The translations under genes were made by a program, and so were the position numbers. From assembly GCA_026936335.1 (NCBI GenBank), contig JAPMXV010000050.1, positions 62,001 through 126,000 of the forward strand: 64,000 nucleotides of DNA, written 5' to 3'. The notes under the pieces are model-generated. The model ran no database searches, was not told where the DNA came from, and was given only the letters and a program-made list of their open reading frames with translations. Position 1 is the stretch's first letter. The number at the start of each line of letters is the position of its first letter. Below are positions 8,951 through 21,000 of the stretch, piece by piece. This DNA comes from Mantamonas sphyraenae STR306 (Eukaryota > Protista > CRuMs).

Positions 8951-11900
8951 ATGCAGCGTGCAAGATTGCTCGTGATTCTGCTTTGTGCCTGCCTTGTAAG
9001 TGTTTTTGTATGAATGGCGCGTGCTGTGCATGACCTGTGTGGCCGCACGTCCGTGCGTCGTGGCCGGTTTTGTGCTTGATGGAGAAAACGTTGCCCCATG
9101 CGGCCGCCGCTCGCGCACGGCGTACTACACGCGCCGCCGAGGACGAGGAGGGCACTCAGAGAGTGCTTGCGCTCTCCTTCTGCGTGCCTGCATGGTGTCG
9201 ACGGCGTGGCGCCGCACGCGCTGCGGCTGTCTAGCAGTTTTTGAGCGAAGGACGTTTGGGGTCGCCTTTTTTTTTCCGATGGATGGGCAAATTTTGAGCA
9301 CGGGCCTGTCAACAGCCGGAGACTGACAATGGAGACGCACACGGGGATGGGGACGCAGGCAATGGCTCATGTGGAGGTTTCCACAGGCGAGCCGCAGGCA
9401 ATGACAAATGCCATTGACGACAGCCAGCTGGAGGAGGCCCAGAAGCTGCTGAACCCTCTCGGGCAGGATGCGGAAGGCGAAAAAGCCTTTGTCTCCAGCT
9501 CAGACTCTGGCTCGGACGATGCGGAGCTCATCGAAGAGCCGGATACCACGGATGCGTCGCAAACGTCCGTGGCCGACGCAGAGGGCATGGAGGATGACCC
9601 TCTCGAGTCGGATCTGGAAGGTAAGCGGGCGAGAAAGGCGTGAGCAAGCGAAAAAAAAAACGCGGCGATGGCGAGAGGGAGAATTTTTCGCAGTGGAGGT
9701 TTTTCCGGCGCGGATCACTGACATGGGAGGTGGAACACCAGACTTCAACGAGAAGGAAGAAGCGCCTGAGGAGAACCGCGAGGCCGAGTCTGAAGACGAG
9801 GCTGAAGAAGCGTCCTCTGTGCTGCTGAGCGGCGCTCCGACACCGGAGGACGCGGACGACGTGGCCTCGGAAGACGAGACGCTGGAGGACGACGCCGAGC
9901 TTGCCGGCTCGGATGTCGAGGAGGAGGAAGAGGGTGTGGTGGAGAAGGACGAGGAGGACCTGGAACTGGAGAAGCAGGCCCAGGGCAAGCAAGAGGACAT
10001 GACTCTGCTGGAAGACCTCGATCTGGACACCGACCTCGCACGCCGCCTCAAGAAGGTGCGCTGTGGAAGCCGCTGCCGTTGCCGACGCACTCTGTTCAAG
10101 GTGCGCAAGGTGTACGTGAAGGAGCTGCACAGCCACAAGCGCAAGGTTGCACGTGCACGACGTGCACGCGCACGCCGTGCTCGTGCTGCGCGTAGCAAGA
10201 TGGCACGTCTGATCAAGCGCCTCAAGGTGCTGAAGGGACGTGCTCGCAGCCAGCTGCGTCGCTACCGCCGCACGCGCAACCGCAAGGCCAAGGCCACGTG
10301 GAAGCGCCGCTACGCCGCGACCATGAAGCGTGTGCGCCGTCTGCAGCGTGCTGTCAAGCTTCATCGCGCACGCGCAGCACGTGCTCGCGTGGCTCGCATG
10401 CGTGCGTCTGTCAACGCACGTATTGCACGCCTGCAGCTCGCACAGGCTCGCAAGTACAGCAAGGCTCGCCATGTGCTGATTCGCCGCCTGCGTGCCAAGC
10501 GCAACGGTGCCACACGACGTGCTCGCAACAAGGCTAGCCTGAAGCGCATCAAGCTGCGTGCACGCAAGATCCGTGCACTGACTCTGCGCGTCGCACGCTA
10601 CCGCCTCGCGCAGCGTCGTACTCGCAACGCAAAGCGCCGTGCCAGCATCGGCCGCAAGATGCGTGCCCTGCAGAAGCGCATTGCGCGTCTGTCGCGCCGC
10701 ACCAAGCGCCGTGCACGCAAGACCAAGCGACGCATTGCGCAGTGGGCTGTGTACCGACGCAAGCTGCGTGCGTACAAGAAGCGCATCGCAGCTCTGCGCC
10801 GCCGACGCAAGGCTCGCAAGGCTCTGCGCCGCATGATCGCCAAGCGCAACGCGTACCGCCGCAACTTTCTCAAAAAGGTTCGCCGTGCGCGTTCGCTGCG
10901 TCTGCGTAAGCGCTCGGGTGCCCTGCGCAAGCTGATGAAGAAGCTGCGTGCAAGCATCAAGCGCACACGCAACAAGCGCACGCGCCGTGCCCTGCGCCAG
11001 CGCATTGCACGCACGACGCGCAAGCTGCGCGCTCTGCGCCGCCGCTACTACCGTGCAGGCAAAGCCCTGTTCACCAAGCGCTACCGCCGCACACGACGTG
11101 CCTTGATCAAGAAGCGCAACGCGAACAAGCGTGCATACCGCCGCCGCTGTCGAAACAAGCGTGCTCGACGCAGCCGTGTGTGCCGCGCGATCCGCAAGCG
11201 TCTGTCGCGTGTGGCTCGCAGCCTGCGCTCGGCTCGCGCCAAGTACCTCAAGCGCATCGCTCGCAACACCAACACCAAGTACCTCTCGCGCGTGCGTGCT
11301 CTGGCTGCCAAGGTGGCCCACGCAAAGCGCGTGCTTCGCAAGCGCCTGTCAGCGCGCACACGTGCCGCTACCCTGCGCCGTCTGCGCCGTCTGCAAAAGT
11401 CGCTTGCTAGCATGAAGCGCACACGCGCACGCAAGCTGGCTTCTCTGCGCCGACGCGCAAAGGCCATCAAGAAGCGCCGCGCTCGCCGCCGTGCTGCTGC
11501 CAAGCGCCGAAAGCGCGTTGTGCGCAAGCGCCGCAACCGCAAGCTCAACCGTGCCGCAAAGTGCCATGCGCGCGCAAGGTCCTACTGCCGCAAGGCCAAG
11601 ATCTACCGCCGTCGCCGTGGCGCTGCCAACAAGCGCCGCGCAAAGGCCTTCAAGTCTCTTTGCGTGCGCCACTCCCGCGTCTGCCGCAAGCTCGGCAAGA
11701 AGCGCACCGTGCGCCGTGCCCTGGCCAAGCGTGCCAACAAGCGCTCTCGCCAGATCTACAAGCGCCTGTGCCCGCGCCTCTCCTTGCTGGACGAGGATGT
11801 CGTGTCGGACGCCGACTCGGACGACGACGAGCAGGACGCCGTCAGCGAGCGCTTCATGAGCTCCGCCAAGTTTGACGACTTTGCCGTCAAGATGGACGAC

Positions 11901-11963
11901 GCCCAGTACGCCAACGCCGTCAACATGTTTAGCAACGACGTGAGCGACGCAGATGCAGAGGCA

Positions 11964-12003
<40 letters not shown>

Positions 12004-15000
12004 GTGTGGTTCGCCGCCGCCGACGCCGCCGTCGCACGACGCGCAAGTCGCGACGCCTGTTTGCGATTGCCAACCAGCGCCTGAACAAGATCCGCAACAC
12101 GCGTGCGCGCAACAACGCACGCAACTACTGCTACGCGCGCTTCCGCCGCAACGCCTCGCGCCTCGCACGCTGTGCGTCGCAGCGCCTGGCTCAGTGGAAC
12201 GGACGCAACAGGCGCACGCGCTACCTGCGTTTGGCCAACAACATGTTTGGCAAGATCCGCAACGCAGCAGCACGCAACCGTGCTCGCCGCGGCTGCAAGC
12301 GCCTTGTGCGCAAGCCGGCCAAGTACTACCTGTGCGCCAGCCGCGCCGCAGCCGCCGCCTTCAAGGTCGGCGCCAAGCAGAGCGGCCGCCAGCTCACCTG
12401 CCGATCGACGGGTGACCCGCACTACCGCTCCATGTACGGCCGTGGCTTCAACATCTACGGCAAGCAGGGCGCCATGACGCTGTACCAGTACCGCAACATC
12501 AAGGTGGTCACGTACGTCAAGTACGGCGCCCACTGGGGCAACCGTGGCCTCAACTCGCAGGTGTGGGTGTACAAGAACGGCCGCCGCGTGGCCCGCTACA
12601 ACGACCTGTGCCGCTTCAGTGGCAAGTCGGCGTACCGTCTGCGCCACAACAAGGCCAACTACTGGCTGCAGGCCAACGACGGACAGCGCATCCGCCTGAA
12701 CATGTCGTGCCATCGCGTGAGCAACCGTGGCAAGCGCCAGTTCTCGCGCGCCTACTACAACGTGTATGTGTATGCACGCGAGCTCGCCTCGCACCAAGCC
12801 AGTGGCATCTGCGTCAGCGGCCGCGGCAACCAGGTCAACTCCAACGTGTGGACCAACCGTGCCAACGCCCTGCTCAACAAGATGCCCGCCGCCAGCAAAC
12901 GCCGCGCACAGGCCGTCTGCCGCAAGCAGCGCACAAAGGTGCGCTACTACAACTGCGTCTACGACGTCGCCGCCGGCTTTGCCAAGCAGGCTGCCAAGCA
13001 CATCGCCGCTCGACGTGCTCGCCGCGCCAAGTACCTGCGCATGGCCGCCGCTCAGTTCCGCGCCATCACCAACGCCGCCAAGCGCCGACAGGCTACCACG
13101 TACTGCCGCGGCCGCTACGGCAAGAACGCACAACGCCTCTACCTGTGTGCTCGCCGCCGCCGTGTCGCCTTTAACGGCACATTCAAGGTCGGCGCCAAGG
13201 TTGGCGGCCGCCAGCTCACCTGCCGCTCGACGGGCGACCCGCACTACCGCAGCTTCTACGGCCGCGGCTTCAACGTCTACGGCAAACAGGGCGCACTCAC
13301 ACTGTACAAGTACCGCAACGTCAAGCTGGTCACGTACGTCAAGTACGGCGCAAGCTGGGGTAACCGCGGTCTGAACTCGCAGATCTGGCTGTACAAGAAC
13401 AACCGCCGTGTCGGTCTGTACAACGACCTGTGCCAGTTCCGCGGCAACAAGAAGTACCGCATGCACCGCAACCGCGCCAACTTCTGGATCCAGGCCAACG
13501 ACGGCCAGAAGATCCGCGTCAACTTTACGTGCCACCGCGTGGGCAACCGTGGCAAGCGCCACTTTTCGCGCGCTTACTACAACGTGTACGTGTACGCACG
13601 CGAGGTCGCCTCGCACATGGCCAGCGGCCTGTGTGTCAGTGGCCGCGGCAACCAGGTCAACGCAAGCGTGTGGTCCACCCGCGCCAACGCCCTGCTCAAG
13701 AAGATGCCGGGCAACCTGCGCAACCAGGCACGCCGCATCTGCCGCAAGCAGAGCACAAAGGTGCGCTACTACAACTGCGTCTACGACGTCGCCGCCGGCT
13801 TTGGCAAGCGCGCGCGCAAGCACATCGCTGCTCGCCGTGCGCGCAACAGCCGCTACTTTGCAAAGGGCAACGCCGCCTTGCGCAAGATCAGCAACGCTGC
13901 ACAGCGCCGCTCCAGCAAGAACTACTGTGTGCGCCGTTACCGCAAGCACGCAGTGCGCTTTTACCGCTGCGCTCGCAGCCAGCTGTCCAAGTGGAAGCGC
14001 ATCCAGAACACGATCAACCGCCCCGTGCGTGGCCTTGGCGCAAAGACGAACGGCCGCCAGCTCAACTGCCGATCGACGGGTGACCCGCACTACCGCAGCT
14101 TCTACGGCCGCGGTTTTGACATCTACGGCAAGCAGGGTGCCATGACTCTGTTCAAGCACCGCAACGTCAAGGTGGTCACGTACGTCAAGTACGGCGCCCA
14201 CTGGAGAAACCGTGGCCTCAACTCGCAGGTGTGGGTGTACAAGAACAACCGCCGCGTCGGCGTGTACAACGACCTGTGCCAGTTCCGCGGCAACAAGAAG
14301 TACCGCATGCACCGCAACCGCGCCAACTTCTGGATGACGGCCAACGACGGCCAGCGCATCCGTGTGCACTTTACGTGCCACCGCGTGAGCAACAAGGGCA
14401 AGCGCCACTTTTCGCGCGCTTACTACAACGTGTACGTGTATGCACGCGAGCTGGCGACGCACCAGTCGTCGGGTCTGTGTGTGAGCGGCCGCGGCAACCG
14501 TGCCAACAGCCGCGTGTGGGTCAACCGCGCCAACGCCGTCCTGCGCAAGCTCAACGCTGGCCAGAAGGCGCACGCACGTCGCATCTGCAGCAAGCAGCGC
14601 ACCAAGGTGCGCTACTACAACTGCATCTTTGACACTGCCGCTGGGTTTGGCAAACAGGCCCGCAAGCACATCAACGCTCGTCGTGCACGTCGCACCAAGT
14701 ACCTGCGCCTGGCGAACCAGACCTTTGCCAAGATCCACGGCGCCTCTCGCCGCCGCAACAGCCGCCGCCATTGCACACGCCGCTATCACGCACACGCTGT
14801 GCGTCTGTACAACTGTGCACGTGGCCAGTACGCACAGTACAAGCGCTCCAAGAACATGGCCCGCCTGTACAACCGTGCCAAGAAGGCCTTCCGCAGCATC
14901 GGCAACGGAGCACGTCGCGCAAACGCCAAGGCCTTCTGCAGCGCCAAGAAGCGCAGCGCCTCGGCTTACTACGCCTGCGCCGTCGCACGCCTGGCTTCGT

Positions 15001-18000
15001 ACCGCCTGAAGCGCCGCCTGGGTGGCAAGTCCAGCGGCCGCCAGCTCACCTGCCGATCGACGGGCGACCCGCACTACCGCAGCTTCTACGGCCGTGGCTA
15101 CAACATCTACGGCAAGCAGGGCGCCATGACTCTGTTCAAGCACCGCAACGTCAAGGTGGTCACGTACGTCAAGTACGGCGCCCACTGGAGCAACCGCGGC
15201 CTCAACTCGCAGGTGTGGGTGTACAAGAACAACCGCCGCGTCGGTGTGTACAACGACCTGTGCCAGTTCCGCGGCAACAAGAAGTACCGCATGCACCGCA
15301 ACCGCGCCAACTTCTGGATGACGGCCAACGACGGCCAGCGCATCCGTGTGTACTTTACGTGCCACCGCGTGGGCAACAAGGGCCAGTCGCGCTTCTCGCG
15401 CGCTTACTACAACGTGTACGTGTATGCACGCGAGCTGGCGACGCACCAGTCGTCGGGTCTGTGTGTGAGCGGCCGCGGCAACCAGGTCAACTCGCGCGCG
15501 TGGGTCAACCGCGCCAACGCGATCCTGCGCAAGATGAGCAAGGCTCAGCAGAAGCGTGCTCGTCACATCTGCCGCAAGCAGCGCACCAAGGTGCGCTACT
15601 ACAACTGCGTGTACGACGTGGCTGCCGGCTTTGCCAAGCAGGCCGTGAACCACATCACACGCCGTCGCCTGCGGGACATCAAGCACCGCCGCCAGGCTGA
15701 GAGGTATCTGAACCGCATCAAGAACGGCGGGCGCCGCAACCGCGCACGCCGCCATTGCCGCAAGCGCTACGGCAAGCACGCGCAGAGGTACATGCTGTGT
15801 GCACGCAACCAGTTCAACAGCTGGAACCGTGCCTACCAGCGTGCTCGCTACTACAAGCTCGCCAAGAAGGCCTTCCGCAGCATCGGCCACAGTGCACGCC
15901 GCGGAAACGCACTTGCTTTCTGCAGCAACAAGAAGAGCAGCGCAATCAAGTACTACCGCTGCGCTGTCGCGCGCCTGGCTTCGTACCGCCTGAAGCGCCG
16001 CCTGGGTGGCAAGTCCAGCGGCCGCCAGCTCACCTGCCGATCGACGGGTGACCCGCATTACCGCAGCTTCTACGGCCGCGGCTACAACATCTACGGCAAG
16101 CAGGGTGCCATGACTCTGTTCAAGCACCGCAACGTCAAGGTGGTCACGTACGTCAAGTACGGCGCCCACTGGAGCAACCGCGGCCTCAACTCGCAGGTGT
16201 GGGTGTACAAGAACAACCGCCGCGTCGGTGTGTACAACGACCTGTGCCAGTTCCGCGGCAACAAGAAGTACCGCATGCACCGCAACCGCGCCAACTTCTG
16301 GATGACGGCCAACGACGGCCAGCGCATCCGTGTGTACTTTACGTGCCACCGCGTGAGCAACAAGGGCCAGTCGCGCTTCTCGCGCGCTTACTACAACGTG
16401 TACGTGTACGCACGCGAGCTGGCGACGCACCAGTCTTCGGGTCTGTGTGTGAGCGGCCGCGGCAACCAGGTCAACTCGCGCGCGTGGGTCAACCGCGCCA
16501 ACGCGATCCTGCGCAAGATGAGCAAGGCTCAGCAGAAGCGTGCTCGTCACATCTGCCGCAAGCAGCGCACCAAGGTGCGCTACTACAACTGCGTGTACGA
16601 CGTGGCTGCCGGCTTTGCCAAGCAGGCCGTGAACCACATCACACGCCGTCGCCTGCGGGACATCAAGCACCGCCGCCAGGCTGAGAGGTATCTGAACCGC
16701 ATCAAGAACGGCGGACGCCGCAACCGCGCACGCCGCCACTGCCGCAAGCGCTACGGCAAGCACGCGCAGAGGTACATGCTGTGTGCACGCAACCAGTTCA
16801 ACAGCTGGAACCGTGCCTACCAGCGTGCTCTGCAGCTGCGCCGTGCGAACAACCTCTTCAACCGCATCCGCGGCTCGCGTCGCGCACATGCCCGCCTCTA
16901 CTGCAGCAACAAGCGCCGCAACACTGCCGCGTACTACCGCTGCGCACTGGCTCGCTACAACGCGTACCGCCTGAAGCGCCGCCTGGGTGGCAAGTCCAGC
17001 GGCCGCCAGCTCACCTGCCGATCGACGGGCGACCCGCACTACCGCAGCTTCTACGGCCGTGGCTACAACATCTACGGCAAGCAGGGCGCCATGACTCTGT
17101 TCAAGCACCGCAACGTCAAGGTGGTCACGTACGTCAAGTACGGCGCCCACTGGAGCAACCGCGGCCTCAACTCGCAGGTGTGGGTGTACAAGAACAACCG
17201 CCGCGTCGGTGTGTACAACGACCTGTGCCAGTTCCGCGGCAACAAGAAGTACCGCATGCACCGCAACCGCGCCAACTTCTGGATGACGGCCAACGACGGC
17301 CAGCGCATCCGTGTGTACTTTACGTGCCACCGCGTGGGCAACAAGGGCCAGTCGCGCTTCTCGCGCGCTTACTACAACGTGTACGTGTATGCACGCGAGC
17401 TGGCGACGCACCAGTCTTCGGGTCTGTGTGTGAGCGGCCGCGGCAACCAGGTCAACTCGCGCGCGTGGGTCAACCGCGCCAACGCGATCCTGCGCAAGAT
17501 GAGCAAGGCTCAGCAGAAGCGTGCTCGTCACATCTGCCGCAAGCAGCGCACCAAGGTGCGCTACTACAACTGCGTGTACGACGTGGCTGCCGGCTTTGCC
17601 AAGCAGGCCGCCAACCACATCACGCGCCGCCACTACCGCAACAAGCGCTACATGAAGCAGGCTCAGGGCTACCTGAGGCGCATCAAGAACAGCCGCCGAC
17701 GACGCAACGCCAGCCGCTACTGCCGCAAGCGCTACGGCAAGCACGCCTTGCGCTTCCGCAACTGCTGCCGCAACCAGTTCAACAGCTGGCACCGCGCCTA
17801 CACACGTGCTCGCTACTACAAGCTCGCCAACAAGGCGTTCAACCACATCCGCAACGGCTCGCGCCGCAAGAACGCCAAGGAGGTGTGCTCCACCAAGAAG
17901 CGCAACCCGCTGCGCTACTACCGCTGCGCAGCCGCTCGTCTGGCCGCCTACCGCCTCGCACGCCGCCTGGGCAAGAAGCAGAACGGCCGTCAGTTGAGCT

Positions 18001-21000
18001 GCCATGCCACAGGTGACCCGCACTACCGCAGCTTCTTTGGACGTCGCTTTGACATCTACAGCCGCGTCGGCAACTTCAACCTGTTCTCCTACAAGGACCT
18101 GAAGCTCGTTGCCTACGTCAAGTACGGCGCCTACTGGGCAAACCGTGGCCTCAACTCGCAGATCTGGCTCTACAAGGGAGGCCGCCGCATCGCGCGCTAC
18201 AACGACTTGTGCCAGTACAGCGGCCCCAGCGCCTACCGCATGCGCGGCAACCGCGCCAACTTCTGGGTTACCGCAAAGAACGGCCAGCGTGTGCGCATCT
18301 ATCTCACGTGCCATCGCGTCGGCAACCGTGGCCAGGCCCGCTACACGCGCGGCTACTACAACGCCTATGTGTACGCTCGCGAGATGGCCGCCCACACCGC
18401 CGGTGGCATCTGCGTCAGCAGCCGTGGCAACCGTGCCAACAGCCGCGTTTGGATCAACCGCGCAAACGCAGTCCTTCGCAAGCTCAACGCCGCGCAGAAG
18501 AAGCGTGCTCGCGCTGTCTGCCGCAAGCAGCGCACAAAGGCGCAGTTCTACGACTGCGTCTTTGACGTCGCCGCAGGCTTTGCCAAGCAGGCCGTCAACC
18601 ACGTCGCTCGCCGACGTGCACGCCGTGCCAAGTATCTTGGCCTCGCACGCAAGCAGTTCAACGCAATCCGTAGCCGCTCCAACCGCAGCCGCGCACGCAA
18701 GATCTGTCTCAAGCGCTACGGCAAGAAGCACGCCCAGCGCTACTACACCTGCGCCGCAGGCCAGCGCACACACTACGCACGCATGGCTCGTTACTACAGC
18801 CTCGCCGCAAAGAACCTGCGCTCCATCCGCAACAAGCGCCGCCGCGCCATTGCATACAAGTTCTGCGCCCAGGCAAAGGCCAACGCCTTCAAGTACTACC
18901 GTTGCGCTGTCAACCGCTTTGTCGCCTCCAAGCTTGCTCGCTCCCTGGGCAAGAGGCAGAGCGGCCGCCAGCTCACCTGCCGCGCCACGGGCGACCCGCA
19001 TTACCGCAGCTTCTACGGCCGCGGTTTGACATCTACGGCAAGCAGGGTGCCATGACTCTGTTCAAGCACCGCAACATCAAGCTGGTCACCTACGTCAAGT
19101 ACGGTGCCCACTGGGCCAACCGCGGCCTCAACTCCCAGGTCTGGCTGTACAAGAACAACCGCCGTGTCGGTCTGTACAACGACCTGTGCCAGTTCCGCGG
19201 CAACAAGAAGTACCGCATGCACCGCAACCGCGCCAACTTCTGGATCCAGGCCAACGATGGCCAGCGCATCCGTGTGTACTTTACGTGCCATCGCGTGAGC
19301 AACCGTGGCAAGCGCCACTTTTCGCGCGCTTACTACAACGTGTACGTGTACGCACGCGAGATGGCGACGCACCAGTCGTCCGGTATCTGCGTCAGCGGCC
19401 GCGGCAACCAGGTCAACTCGCGCGCGTGGGTCAACCGCGCCAACGCGATCCTGCGCAAGATGACACGTGAGCACCGCGCACGCGCCACCCGCACTTGCCG
19501 CAAGCAGCGCACCAAGATGCGCTACTACAACTGCATCTACGACGCCGCCAAGGGTTTCACAAACGAGGCCGCCAAGCACATCGCCGCACGTCGCGCACGC
19601 CGCCTGCGCCGCCTGCGCAAGGCCGCAAACTACCTGCGCGCCATCAAGCACAAGCGCACGCGCGTCCGCGCTCAGCGCTATTGCCGCAAGCGTTACGGCA
19701 AGCACGCCGAGCGCTACATGCTTTGCGCCAAGCGCAAGCTCGCCGCATACCGCCGTGACCTGCGCGCCAAGGCCCTGGCCCGACGCCGCAAGTTCCAGCG
19801 CTCTGCCGCCGGCTACAAGAAGTACCTGCGTGCTCAGCTCGCCAAGTGCCACCGCGAACAGCGCAAGCTCGCCGCCAAGCGCGCACGCATGGGCCCGCGC
19901 AAGTACTTTGTTCGCAACCGTCGCATCAGCCGCCGTTGCGCTCGCCTCCGCCACAACCTGCGTCGCGTCACCCTCTGTCTCGCGCACAGCCACATGGCCA
20001 AGAAGCAGCGCCTCGTCAACCGCAAGCGTGCTCTCGCCGCCAAGCTGCGTGCCATCCACGCACGCCTCGCCCGCCACAAGGGCAACGCCAAGCTTGTCCG
20101 CCGCCTCAATGCCCAACGCAAGCGCGTGGCACGCAGCCTGCGCTCCCTGGCACGCTCCATCAAGTGCTCTCTGCGCCGTGCCGTTCTGCGCAAGCAGTAC
20201 GCACGCAAGGCTTCCGCCTTGCATCGCCGCATCAAGCACGATGTCCGCTGGCTCAAGCGTCACCGTCGCCATCGTTCGCGCCGCGCAGTCGCTCGTCGCC
20301 TGCGCTCACGCCGCCGCTCTCTCGCCCTCCTCAAGCGCCGCCGCAAGGCTCACCTTGCACGCGCTTGCCGCAAGCTCAAGACCAAGCGCGCCGTCCCGCG
20401 ACGCCGCATCCAGGTCTGCTACGCCACGGGTGACCCGCACATGCGCACCTTTGATGGTGTCTCCTACGAGCAGCAACAGGTCGGCGAGTACACCCTCGCC
20501 GCCGATGCACAGCGTGGACTCGACGTCCAGGCTCGCTTCTGGAAGCGCAACATGGCCCAGCCCTACTCGCTTGTCGGCGCCTTTGCCCTCAAGTTTGGCA
20601 AGGTTCACGTCGCCACAACCAACAACGGCAAGGTGTACGTCAACAACCGCCTCCAGGGCGCCCTCTCTCGCTCCCCGCGCCGCACCGTGACCCGCCGCTA
20701 CGGCGACGTGGCCATCTCTGCAAAGGGCCAGCGCATCTACGTCTCTTGGTACTGCAACCGCAAGAACAAGAAGGCCTACTGCGCACGCGTCCTCCTGCAC
20801 CGCTGGGGCAAGCGCCAGAGCAAGACCAACGTCTTCAACCTCTACGTGTATGCCGACCGCGCCCACTTCAACCTCAACGGTCTGTGTGGCCACGCCAACG
20901 GCACACGCAAGGACGATCTCGTCGGCGGCAACGGCCACGTGTACCCCAACTGCGCCAAGAAGTGGTACCGCCGCTGCTACAACGACGACTTTGTCAACAC

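Noticed and set aside
9468-9741. ORF-track start of the 3195-aa protein
   Set aside because: It reads exon 2 out of frame and through intron 2; the spliced model from 8951 supplies a signal peptide.
11349-19001. 2550-aa antisense ORF
   Set aside because: In-register shadow of the + strand gene, whose codon usage rarely gives TTA/CTA/TCA; V/A/L-rich with no independent motifs.
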